From the NCBI RefSeq assembly GCF_004010195.1, contig NC_057756.1:131719-164309 (forward strand): a stretch of DNA of 32,591 nucleotides. Reading direction: 5' to 3'. Shown here in pieces: positions 1 through 10,031 of this stretch. Position numbers and translations under genes: made by a program. The first letter of the stretch is position 1. Each line of letters opens with the position of its first letter. A model generated the notes under the pieces. The model worked only from the letters and a program-made list of their open reading frames with translations. It searched no databases and was not told where the DNA came from. The DNA comes from Chiloscyllium plagiosum (taxonomy: Eukaryota).

Positions 1-661
1 AGGGGGTAGAACCGGGCAGTGCGGGGTTCCCGGACTATGAGGTTGGAAGCTGTGGGTGGGAGATCTCCTGAGGTGATGAGGTTCTGTATGGTCTGGGAGA
101 TAATGGTTTGGTGTTGGGGGTGGGGTCATGGTCAAGGGGGCGGTAGGAAGAGGTGTCCTCGAGTTGGCGTTTGGCTTCAGCGATGTAGACGTCAATGTGC
201 CAGACTACCACTGCGCCCCCTTTGTCCGCTGGCTTGATGGTGTGGTCAGGATTGGGGCAGAGGGATTGGAGGGCTGCGCGTTGTGAGGGTGAGAGGTTGG
301 AGTGGTGGAGGGGGGTCGACAGGTTGAGGCGGTTAATGTCCCGGCGGCAGTTGGAAATGAAGAGGTCGAGGGCAGGTAATAGGCCAGCGCGTGGTGTCCA
401 GGTGGATGCAGTGTGTTGGAGGTGGGCGAGGGGGTCCTCGGAAGGTGGGCGGGAGTCCTGATTGTGAAAGTAAGCTCGGAGGCGGAGGCGACGGAAGAAT
501 TGTTCGATGTCACGGTGTGTATTAAATTCATTGATGCGTGGACGGAGGGGGACGAAGGTGAGTCCTTTGCTGAGGACCGATCGTTCGTCCTCAGTGAGGG
601 GGAGGTCTGGGGGGATGGTGAAAACTCGGCAGGGCTGGGAGCTGGGAGCTGGTGTGGGTGT
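1..661 (-). mobile_element. Penelope-like retroelement ORF fragment (region N-terminal to the RT core), continues beyond window start
   Basis: Translation has LSKGLTFVP, FFRRLRLRAYF, SNLSPSQRAALQSL and IKPADKGGAVVVW. A frameshift near 116-120 moves QTIISQTIQNLITSGDLP...PRTARFY into another frame. Confidence 0.92.
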
Positions 662-699
662 AGTATAGCACTCAAGGCCATTCAAGTTGGAAGGTACCT
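662..699 (-). CDS. Ly6/uPAR-family gene, exon 4 5' part (start of LU domain 2), interrupted by a Penelope insertion
   Basis: CTTTTCAG acceptor (AG at 701-700), phase 1, reads EVPSNLNGLECYT, the typical NGLxCY start of a second LU domain. Sequence switches to Penelope where the next Cys is expected. Confidence 0.85.
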
Positions 700-721
700 C
701 TGAAAAGTTGGCACAGAATAT

Positions 722-1396
722 TGTTATGAAGGTGTAGTTGTGAACTGTACCTTTTTGAGAGAGAGGAAGCTGGCAAGGACTGAAAGCACAGGGTGTGCTG
801 AACAATTTAAAAATGTACTTCTGGTTGACACAAATAGCTGTGCCGTGTTGCCATGGTACATAAACAAATTCAAATTTAGCCAATCAGTTTAAGTAATGCC
901 CCAGAGACCAAAATCCAATCTAATTTGAATTTAATGTTTTGATGACATTAAACCAATGAAATGGTCCGATGTTTTGAGGTCTAAAACTGGACATTTTGAA
1001 CTGTTAGGGAGAGAACGGCTTAGAACACCAACAAGTATAGATTGCTAGCTGAATAGCTGTCTGTTCAGGTGTCTGTCCATAAGAAATTTGTACAGCAGAA
1101 GACCGAAGAAAACCGACTTAGAAATATCTACAGAGGAAAATGACTTTTTTTATTTGTAAATCTTAATTTTTTTTTAATCAGACTTGTAGAGTGGGAGTAA
1201 AAGATAGGTTTAAGACAAAGGTGTTGTAAGTAGTTGTCTCATGTTCTCTTTTGGACTTAAAAATTGACAATTTTTATTCTTTACTTTAAATAGTGACCTC
1301 TAGGAAAGTTCTTTGCCTCTCCAAATGTAACAGATTATGGGGCGAAGTGAGCTGTTGGGTTTAAATTTGCAGAGGAGTTTACCCCATGTTGTAACA
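722..1396. mobile_element. Solo LTR (675 bp)
   Basis: TGTTA...TAACA termini with a perfect 4-bp TSD ATAT (718-721, 1397-1400). Confidence 0.85.
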
Positions 1397-1669
1397 ATAT
1401 TTAACTTTAGGTAAACTTTGGCTGCACACACATGGGCTGGAAGACTTTGCGGTAAACGTTACATCTCAGCATTTCAAATACAACATGCGCAGATATGTGA
1501 AGCTTCTCACAATCCGTGCTGAAGTAGGACATGGCTAGATCTTTGAACTTGCTCTGCCATTCAGTACAACCGTGGCTGATCTTGTGTATGAGCTCCAAGC
1601 TGTTTCTCATATCCTTGAGAGATTTAAAACTCTCTTGAGATCTGACTGAAATATACTCACATTGAAACT

Positions 1670-2460
1670 CTTATTGCAGATGTACTGAGATACAGTGAAA
1701 GATATTGTTTGCGTGCTCTCCAGACAAATCCTACCTTGCACAACTACACCCGGGTAGTAGAACAGAATGCAGAATGTAGTGTTACAGCTACAGAGAAGGT
1801 GCAGAGAAAGGTAAAGTCTAATATGAGAGGTGTATTCAAAAGTCTGATTACAGTGGGGGTGGCGGGGTGGCGGGAGGAAACTGTTCTTGAATCTGTACAT
1901 ATTTTCAAACTTTTGTATCTTCTGCATGATGGAAAAAAGTATAACTGGGTTGGGAGGGATATTTGAATAAGTTGGCTGCTCTGCCAAGTCAGAGGCATGT
2001 ATAGACAGAGTCACTAGTTGGAAGGCTGATTTGCGTGATGGACTGCATTCACAGCTTTCTGTAATTTCACGTGGTCATGTGTAGAGCAGTTGCCATACAA
2101 AGTTGTGATGCATCCAGATAGCACACTTTCTATGGTGCAGTTAGAAAAAAATCAATTAGAGCAGTGGTGAATTTCCTTAGCCCTCTGAGGAAGTAGAGGT
2201 GTTAGTCTGTTTCCTTAACTGTAGCATCAATGTGAATGGGCCAGAATTGATCATTTGGTGATACTTGTCCCTCTCGACCATCTCCTTCTCAGCACCATTG
2301 ATACATACAGGAATGTGTCCTCCACTCTACTTGCTGAAGTCAATGATCAGATCCTTCATTTTGCTGACATCAAAGGAGAGGTTATTGTCTTTACAGCATG
2401 CCACTAAGCACTTTCTCTTTACTAACTTGTCTCATCGTCGTTTAAGATCCAATCCGTTAT
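1670..2460 (-). mobile_element. Rex1/Babar-like LINE 3' fragment, decayed
   Basis: Shares sequence with 14055-14560 (gagcagttgccatac...tgtgat.catcc...ctttct.tggtgca) and a tail like 11975-12135. Family assignment from recollection. Confidence 0.65.
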
Positions 2461-2737
2461 GGCCATGGTTGTATTGAATGACAGAGCAAGTTCAAAGATC
2501 TAGTTCTATTCCAATTCATATATCCTTGGAGCATGGGTGTACCCAGTGCTTGCTTCTTAATTGTCAGAGAGAAGACAATGTAATCCCAATTCTTGGTAAT
2601 GAATTTCATTTGCTTTCCCTCCTATTCCCTCACTGCACTTAACTGTAGCACAGGCTGCTGTCATTTTTGTGAGTACACACACCTAAAATGCTCGGAGAAA
2701 GTCAAGACTGCAGATGGAATGCCCTTCATCAGGAATG

Positions 2738-3282
2738 ATTTGGAGATGCCGGTGTTGGACTGGGGTGTACAAAGTTAAAAATCTCACAACACCAGGTTAT
2801 AGTCCAACAGGTTTAATTGGAAGCACACTAGCTTTCGGAGCGACGCTCCTTCATAAGGTGATAGTGGAGGGTTCAATCCTAACACAGAATTTATAGCAAA
2901 AATTTATAGTGTGATGTAACTGAAATTATACGTTGAAAAATTGATTGTCTGTTAAGCCTTTCATCAATTAGAATACGGTGATAGTTTCACTTTTTTCATG
3001 TGTAAATCACAAAACCTTTTTTTTAAAACGTTGTATTCTCGGGTTAGCTGTTAACAATGGTGATAGCTAGACAATATGTTGAAGGTGTTGGCCCCCTGTG
3101 TTCTCTGTCTATGCCATGATGCTTAGATTGATTCTAATCTAAGCATCATGTAAATTTTTGCTCTATATTCTGTGTTAGGATTGAGCCCTCCACTATAACC
3201 TGATGAAGGAGCGTCGCTCCGAAAGCTAGTGTGCTTCCAAATAAACCTGTTGGACTATAACCTGGTGTTGTGTGATTTTTAA
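2738..3282. mobile_element. Penelope pLTR-derived element with inverted arms
   Basis: ~2773-2916 is the reverse complement of ~3146-3284. A 14-bp duplication CTTCATCAGGAATG flanks it (2724-2737, 3283-3296). Near-identical to 32047-32470. Confidence 0.85.
3196..3233 (+). ncRNA. Minimal type-I hammerhead ribozyme motif (Penelope pLTR)
   Basis: CTGATGA (3200-3206), A, stem II GGAGC-gtc-GCTCC, GAA, palindromic AGCT, A (CUA cleavage triplet). Confidence 0.7.
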
Positions 3283-3478
3283 CTTCATCAGGAATGTATT
3301 TTGCCTGAAACGTTGACTCTCCTGCTCTTTGGCTGCTGTTTTTTCCATCACCACAATCTTTAACTCCTAAAACGCTGACAGTGTACAGCGCTATGAAGAT
3401 ATTTTATCTGAAATATTAATTTAGAATATCATTGACTAATTTTTAGACATTCTAGAAAGCACTCTTTTTGCAAAGTGA

Positions 3479-3854
3479 CAAATCACACCGTCAGATTATA
3501 GTCCAACAGGTTTATTTGGAAGCACTAGCTTATTAAGCACTGCTCCTTCATCAACCACCTGATAAAGGAGCAGCACTTCAAAAGCTAGTGCTTCCAAATA
3601 CAGAGGAACCTTGATTATCTGGCATTCAATTAAACAATTTTGGATTATCAGAACAAGATTGCAAGGTCCCAATGCTTGGCTAACTGTTGTCTGGCATTCG
3701 ATTCTCTGGAATTTGATTAACCGAACAAAATACTTCCCATCTGTGCCCTTCGGGTAATCAAGGTTTCATCTGTAAACCTGTTGGACTATAACCTGGTGTT
3801 GTGATTTTTAACTTTGTCCACCTCAGTCCAAAACTGGCACCTCCAAATCATGAC
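3479..3854. mobile_element. Older palindromic Penelope pLTR element containing a MITE
   Basis: Inverted arms centred near 3555 with degenerate hammerhead cores; 12-bp duplication TTTGCAAAGTGA at 3467-3478 and 3855-3866. Confidence 0.8.
3601..3772. mobile_element. Tc1/mariner (Tigger-like) MITE
   Basis: TIRs CAGAGGAACCTTGATTATC / GGTAATCAAGGTTTCATCTG with TA duplication (3599-3600, 3773-3774). Removal restores the host aaataaacctg. Confidence 0.85.
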
Positions 3855-4729
3855 TTTGCAAAGTGAAACAGATTAGCTGCAGTATCCCAACTTGCAAAGC
3901 TGTTTGACTGGACTGAGTGTTCAAAATGTTCAGAGAGAGGTAGTTGTGGGTTTGAAGTTTTGGATTTGAACACAATCTGAGCAATCCTGTCTCCCTCTTG
4001 CATGTTTATTTTTCTCTTAAAACTTTTGTTATTAATGTTTGAGTTGATCTCTCATCTGAAGTGCTCGAGGGGAATTTGGAATACAGTGCCACTACCTTCA
4101 GAGAAAGCATGTTCAGCCAGCCACAACTGAGCCAGGAAGACATATTATGGATTGTGTGCAAAGTGACTTTGGCTGCAGTTGGGCATTTGATTTCACAATT
4201 TTTTTTTCTTTCTGACACTTGGCAGAATTGTACTTCCAAGATCACATTTTTATATGTTTTCACCTGAACCAGAGATGCTGTGTGCGCATGTTGGTCAGTA
4301 TGACTTTGTGCAGCATTGTCTGTGTTGTGTTGAATTTGTATAATAGTGATCCAACATATACTTGCAGTTCACCCTTACTGAATTATTTCTAAACTTTGTT
4401 CCTAGAGTAATTTTTGTTTGCAATCCGCTAATTCTTCATTTGAAACCAAAACAAAATGCTGTAGATGCTGCACTTCTGAAATGAAAACATTTGGCACCTC
4501 AGTCTTTGGGAAAGTAGGCAGTACCACTCAGCCAATGTAAACCCTATATCTTTAATGGTGGCTGGGCTGGATGGGCCGAATGGCCTACCTCTGCTCCTAT
4601 TTTCTACGTTTTGAGAGAGGTTGAAAACCAGAATGTGAGGACTGTTTAAACTTCGAAGGATGTACCACAAAGGGTATAGTTTTGCGACAGTGAAGATTTT
4701 GGTTTGTTCGTCTGCACATTTCTGCTCAC

Positions 4730-4867
4730 CTGTGAAAGGCTCATTGTTACACAGATTAGTATTGCAGTTTTTGCGTGTCTGTTTGACATTCTTGAAACCA
4801 AAATGCATTGATATGTTTCCTTCACATGTTCCACAGTCTTTAAAAAGTGTGGTTTGCTTAATTCCAG
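4730..4867 (-). CDS. Ly6/uPAR-family gene, exon 3 (second half of LU domain 1)
   Basis: TTTGCAG acceptor, 138-nt phase 1-1 exon GIKQTTLFKDCGTCEGNISMHFGFKNVKQTRKNCNTNLCNNEPFT ending in the CxxxxCN LU motif, GTGAG donor. Confidence 0.9.
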
Positions 4868-5334
4868 CTGCAAACATAAAGAACATGGTTCACCTTCCAA
4901 TATTTAAGGTACGTCCTTCATCACTTTACAACAATGTGTTTACTCCACCCGTTTCCCATCCATCTATCCACCTATTTGTTGATTATACCTGTTCATTAAT
5001 GTATTTGTTTGCCTATTTGATTAGTAACTCTCCAAATTACTTCATCCATTTGTGAATTGATAAATATGTTTTATAGCATACCTTTGAGGTAAACTTGCTC
5101 TTGTCCCAGCAGAGCTTCAGGCTGCTCAATAATCTAAAAGGCATTTGAATCAGTGCCAACACAGAGCTGAGGAAAGCCGTTTGGGGGGACTGGCATTAAT
5201 CGTTCAAAAACCGCGCACACAGATGAAAGATATTAGAGGCATTCAGTTTTGGCAAAGAGGAGGGAGGGGCAGAGAGAGAGAGAGACTGACTGACTGTGTT
5301 ACCCCAATTTTTCATGACAAATTCATGTACTCTG

Positions 5335-5830
5335 CATATCCCTGCACACTATGGGGCAATTTATCTTGGCCAATACACCTAACCAGCACATGTTTGGACT
5401 GTATGAGAAAACCAGAGCACCCAGAGGAAACCCACCCACACACCGGGCAGCACGGTGGCACAGTGGTTAGCACTGCTGCCTCACAGCACCAGAGACCCGG
5501 GTTCAATTCCCGACTCAGGCGACTGACTGTGTGGAGTTTGCACATTCTCCCCGTGTCTGCGTGGGTTTCCTCCGGGTGCTCCGGTTTCGTCCCACAGTCC
5601 AAAGATGTGCTGGTCAAGATGTGCTAAATTGCCCGTAGTGTTAGGGAAAGGGGTAAATGTAGGGGAATGGGTGAGTTGCGGGTCGGTGTGGACTTGTTGG
5701 GCCGAAGGGCCTGTAAGTAATTTAATCTAAGTAATCTAATCTAATCTAATCAAACACCACACACAGCCACCTGAGGCTGGAATCTAACCTGGGTCCTTGG
5801 TGCTTTAAGGCAGCAGTGTTAACCACGGAA
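5335..5830 (-). mobile_element. Older HE1-type SINE split by a younger opposite-strand SINE
   Basis: 5335-5444 and ~5755-5830 are reverse-complement SINE body and head. Confidence 0.75.
5445..5751 (+). mobile_element. HE1-type tRNA-derived V-SINE
   Basis: A box TGGCACAGTGG, B box GGTTCAATTCC, core GTGGAGTTTGCACATTCTCCCCGTGTCTGCGTGGGTTTCC, (TAATC)n tail. Confidence 0.9.
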
Positions 5831-5879
5831 GTTACATGGAAGTCATTAGGGTAAATATTAATGGGTCTGGCCCTAATTG

Positions 5880-6380
5880 TGTTACTATACATTCTAGATC
5901 AAGAATCCCCAACCAATTGAAATAGTTTATCTTTATTTACATTGTTTTTTCCTGTTGCTATCATAAAGATTTGAAACAGATTGCCCTTTAACTTCCTAAG
6001 TTCTATAGAAAATGGGCCTGGTTTGCAATTTCTCCTCATAATGTAACTCCTAAAGGTCAGCTATCATCTTGTAAACCTATGTTGTACTCCCTTCAAGGCC
6101 ATCTATCCTTCCTAAGGTCTGGTAGTCAGATCTGGTCACAGAGCTCCAAGTAGAGTCTAACCAGAATTTTGTATAATTACAGCATAACTTCTGCATCCTT
6201 ATACTCCAGTCTTCTAGATACAGCATTTCATTGGCTTTCTTTCTATTTTCTATATCTGTTCATGGCATTTTAACTGCCAAATCTCTTAGGACATTCACTG
6301 TATTTAACTTCATAGTATCTTAAAAAGTATCCCATCTATCCTTTTTATGTCTACAATGGATAACCTCACATTGCATGTTA
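5880..6380 (-). mobile_element. Old CR1 LINE ORF2 3' fragment
   Basis: Degenerate reverse-complement similarity to the CR1 at 20735-21922 (RxxLEYxxQxW region). Confidence 0.6.
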
Positions 6381-6816
6381 ACTTTACATACTAGCTTGTG
6401 TAACATATAATACAATGATTGGGTTCTTACTGAGACAGAGATATCTTGAAGTTTTTTTTGCACTATTTATATTTCTATATGACCTCAGACTTCGAACATA
6501 AAACATAGAAAAGTACAGCACAGAACAGGCCCTTCAGCCCACGATGTTGTGCCGACTTGTGTATAGAATGTGTTCTATTCTTACTGATATTACTGTAGGT
6601 TGTATGCACATAACTGACTGAACACACTCCACTGACCCCATTATACTCCAATAGTGACTGAAACTGAGGCTAATGCTTTTATACTGCAATGTCACATGTT
6701 GTCATGACATAGAACTGTCTTTAAATGTACACTGCCTCTCTGACCTATAAGCTATGCTTGACACAACAGATTCAATCAATGACAACAAGCAAAAGTTAGA
6801 ATCTCCAGAAAATTAC

Positions 6817-6933
6817 CAGCCCTTATTGAGATTGAAATTGTCTTGCAGCTGTTGATTCCAGAGACCCAAGTGATTTGTTTGGTCATGCATGTACGCCCTT
6901 GGGCGTTGCAAAAGTAACAGGTGAGAGATTGCA
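6817..6933 (-). CDS. Ly6/uPAR-family gene, exon 2 (first half of LU domain 1)
   Basis: (TC)n-TTTCCAG acceptor, 117-nt phase 1-1 open exon QSLTCYFCNAQGRTCMTKQITWVSGINSCKTISISIRA with the LxCxxC start motif, GTAATT donor. Confidence 0.9.
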
Positions 6934-6999
6934 CTGGAAAGAGAGAGAGAGAGACAAATTTAGCCAGTTAAATACTGTGGCTACAGGAGCAGGTCAGAG

Positions 7000-7280
7000 A
7001 CAAGGAATGCTGCTGCATGTAACTTGCCTTCTGATTCCCCAAAGCCTGCCGCCATCAACAAGGCACAAGTCAGGATGTGATGGAATATTCCCCAATTGTC
7101 TGGATGGATGCAGTTCCAATGACACTCAAGAGACTTGACACCATCCAGGACAAAGCATCCACTCCTTCCACCATCGATGCTCAGAAACAGCAGTGTGTAC
7201 CATTGACAAGACATTAAGCATTGTTCCTTAGCTAGCACTTTCCAAAGCCACAGCTACCATCATTCAGAAGGACGAGGGGT
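7000..7280 (+). mobile_element. L2/Crack-like LINE fragment
   Basis: Decayed reading LIPQSL...KAQVR..MEYSPIVWM.A.P.TLKRLDTIQDKA. Confidence 0.6.
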
Positions 7281-8132
7281 CAATCCTTCATTTAAAAAAA
7301 ACATGGTGCAGCCAATTTAAGACAGGGATGCATTAGTTTATGACTTGGAAGAAGAAAACAAATGTACCACAGCAAAATTTGCAAAACTAGGTGGAAAATA
7401 GTTTGAGAGAGGCAGACACATAATTTACAGAGAAATATTGAGAGATGAGTTGCAGGACTCTAAATCTTAACTACTAACAATTTCTGTTTTTGGCCTACTC
7501 CTGTTCCTATTTCTTATGGTCATATTGTCTTAATATAGAGTAAAAAGGAACAAAAAAAATCAGGAAAGGAACAGGCCCTCTAAGCTTGCGCAACACATTT
7601 TACCCTTCTATATTAAAGCTGTCTTCAGTTACAGGATCTGTATTCCTCCGATCCTTTCCTATCCATGTGTTCATCCAGGTGCTACTATATCAGCTTCTAC
7701 CAACTCCTGGAGGAGCAACTTCCATGCACTCACCATACTTTGTATAAAAAGACCTGTGTTAATTTTTAAAATGGCTTCTAAAGGGATGGTGGGCCAATTT
7801 GAGGTAATTGTCATCCTAGGCGGACTAGTTTCCTCTTCTAAGTGAACTTGGGACCTTTGGAACATGCTTCATGGAGTCTTTAAACTTTCTGGTGGAGTAA
7901 AGGCACACATAATGGCCTGGTTTCTGCAGTGATGATTCATCTGTCTCCTGTCACAAAGCAGGCAGAACCTTGTAAAGTCATAAGGTTTTCAAAATTTGAA
8001 CATTTTTCTCCATTGATTCATCATGCCATGACAAACCATTGACACACAATGGAGAGCGATTGATAGCACCTGTTCCTACTCACAAGGGCTCTGATTGAAG
8101 TGCGCAAAGGTCTGAGGGTCATAGACTGAGTA

Positions 8133-8276
8133 CACAGGAACCTCGATTTTCCAGCATTCAATTATCTGAATATCAGATTATCCGGCAAGATCGTAAGGTC
8201 CCGATGCTTGGCTAAACTATGTTATCTGGAAGTCAATTATCTGGAATTCAATTCACCAAATGAAATACTCCCTGCC
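8133..8276. mobile_element. Truncated second copy of the 3601-3772 MITE
   Basis: TA + CACAGGAACCTCGATT start and shared internal aaggtccc.atgcttggcta. Right TIR missing. Confidence 0.75.
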
Positions 8277-8277
8277 T

Positions 8278-8610
8278 ATGATAAATGGATAAATGATAGG
8301 GAGAATCCTTTCCCATTAATAGAAGGGCCAATAACCAGGTGGCACAGTTTTATGAAAAAGAGCAGGAGTGTTTGAGGGGATTTGAGGAATTTTTTTTTCA
8401 CCCAGAGGATGATAGGAATCTGGTATATACTGCCTCCAAAGGGTGGTAGTGACAGGAATCCTTGCAACATCGAAGAGTATTAGGTGTACAATTCAATCAT
8501 CACAGCATACAAAGACTATAGACCAAGTGCTGGAAAATATGATTAGAATAGATAGGTGTTTGATGACCAGTACAGCCATAATTGGCTGAAGGGCCCCCTT
8601 CTGAGTTTTA
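8278..8610 (+). mobile_element. CR1 3' end fragment
   Basis: TRGH.F...NFF.QR...IWY.LP-like reading followed by CR1 3' UTR. Confidence 0.65.
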
Positions 8611-8619
8611 AAATAATCT

Positions 8620-8900
8620 TCGACCATCTAGAAGCACAAGGGCAGCAAATAAACAGGAACGTTATGCCCTGTAAGATCTCCAAGCCATTCAACATCCACA
8701 CTTGGAAATATGTTACCTTTCCTTCAATGTCACTGGATCAAAATCCTGGAATTTCTCCCCTAAGGACGTTGTAAGTCAACCCACAGCATATGAACTGCAG
8801 AGGGTCAAGAAGACAACTTGCCAACACCTTCTCAAGGGGCAACTAGGGATGGGGCAATAAATTCTGGCTGAGTAAGTCATATGCACATTCCACAAATGAA
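8620..8900 (+). mobile_element. L2/Crack-like LINE 3' end
   Basis: Tail ctcaaggggcaactagggatggggcaataaa. The start resembles the end of 7000-7280. Confidence 0.6.
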
Positions 8901-8999
8901 GTGAAGTTGCTGAGTTTCAGCCCACTTCCATCAACTGAATAAACCATGATTTACAACACCTGTATTGAGCATTTCCCAATGTTCTCAGGCTACTGCCAT

Positions 9000-9720
9000 C
9001 ATTCAAGAAGACTGGCACGCTAGCACTGTGCTGCTGTTTCGAAAAGAGAGAACTGGACAGTTTGAGTTACCCGAAGCAGACTGCCCTCACCTCACTGCTG
9101 GGCAAATAGTAGGTCACATTGCTGCATAAGTCATCCCTTCAAAAGGCACACATTAGCATTAAATGTCGGCAGGGTTTAGTCAAATGAAAGTCAAATCTGA
9201 TGAGTTGGATTGAATTTTTCAAGCAAGCTCACAATGAGAGCCAATGAAAGTCAGGCATTTAACATGAGAAGTTGACCTTAGCAAGGCTTTGGCACAGAAG
9301 GTTATAATCTTCTGTCTGGACTGGGAAAGGACTAAAAATGCAGGTCTTTCAGTATCCAAAATAAAAAGTAACAGTTGACAGGGGGTTTCCACCAGGATTT
9401 CAGTACTTGCTGTTTTCCTGCCATAAAGCAGGATGAAGAATCTTTCTGACAATCTGGGAGTTGGTTACATGGTTAACAATGAGGAACAAGTTGTGGACTT
9501 CAGGCTTGTTACAGGAGACTGAACGGAGTAGGCTGAAGTTGTCTCTCAGGAAAACAGAATTGAAATTTGTGACCTGTAAAATTACAAGGAAACACATGAA
9601 GTGGATAAAAAGGACTTATTTCTGTTAGCAGGATGGTCAAAGCAATTCATAGAGGTTTTGGAGGGATGTTGAGGGGAGTCTGTGAGCGTAGAGTAAGTCC
9701 ACTAACTCAATGGGTGGCCA
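9000..9720 (+). mobile_element. Ancient CR1 RT relic
   Basis: Remnants of EDW...LF.K, SLTS..GK and GVPQGSVL motifs in the expected order. Confidence 0.5.
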
Positions 9721-10031
9721 TGTGAGAAACCATCAACACACTTCAATAACCCTCATTTGCACATTTGACATCCCTGAACCTTTGAGATTTTAGAGCAAAG
9801 GGGATATTGAAAACTTTAACACTTCTCTGAACAGTACTTGATATCCACCAGATTCAGAAACTGGCACAAGGGAAGAGGCAGTCACCTCACTTCAAGGTTA
9901 AATGTAGCCGTGTGACTGAATCTTGAATACAGTTATACAAATTCTGATTGCCCAAGACTACAAGAAAGTATAAGAGAGTTGTGAATGCAGCCCATCATGC
10001 AAACCAGCCTTCTGTACATTGACTCTGTCTA

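Noticed and set aside
700..883. N-terminal part of the 282-aa ORF 35..883
   Set aside because: Lies in LTR and intron sequence upstream of the splice acceptor; fortuitous open frame.
5082..5133. Possible 52-nt exon with AG/GT ends
   Set aside because: Length breaks the phase 1-1 frame and the peptide has no LU features.
5445..5520. tRNA-like A/B boxes
   Set aside because: Head of a SINE followed by the V-SINE core, not a tRNA gene.
6630..6770. Cys-containing minus-strand stretch resembling a decayed LU exon
   Set aside because: Needs several stops and frameshifts and lacks an acceptor; the real exon is at 6817-6933.
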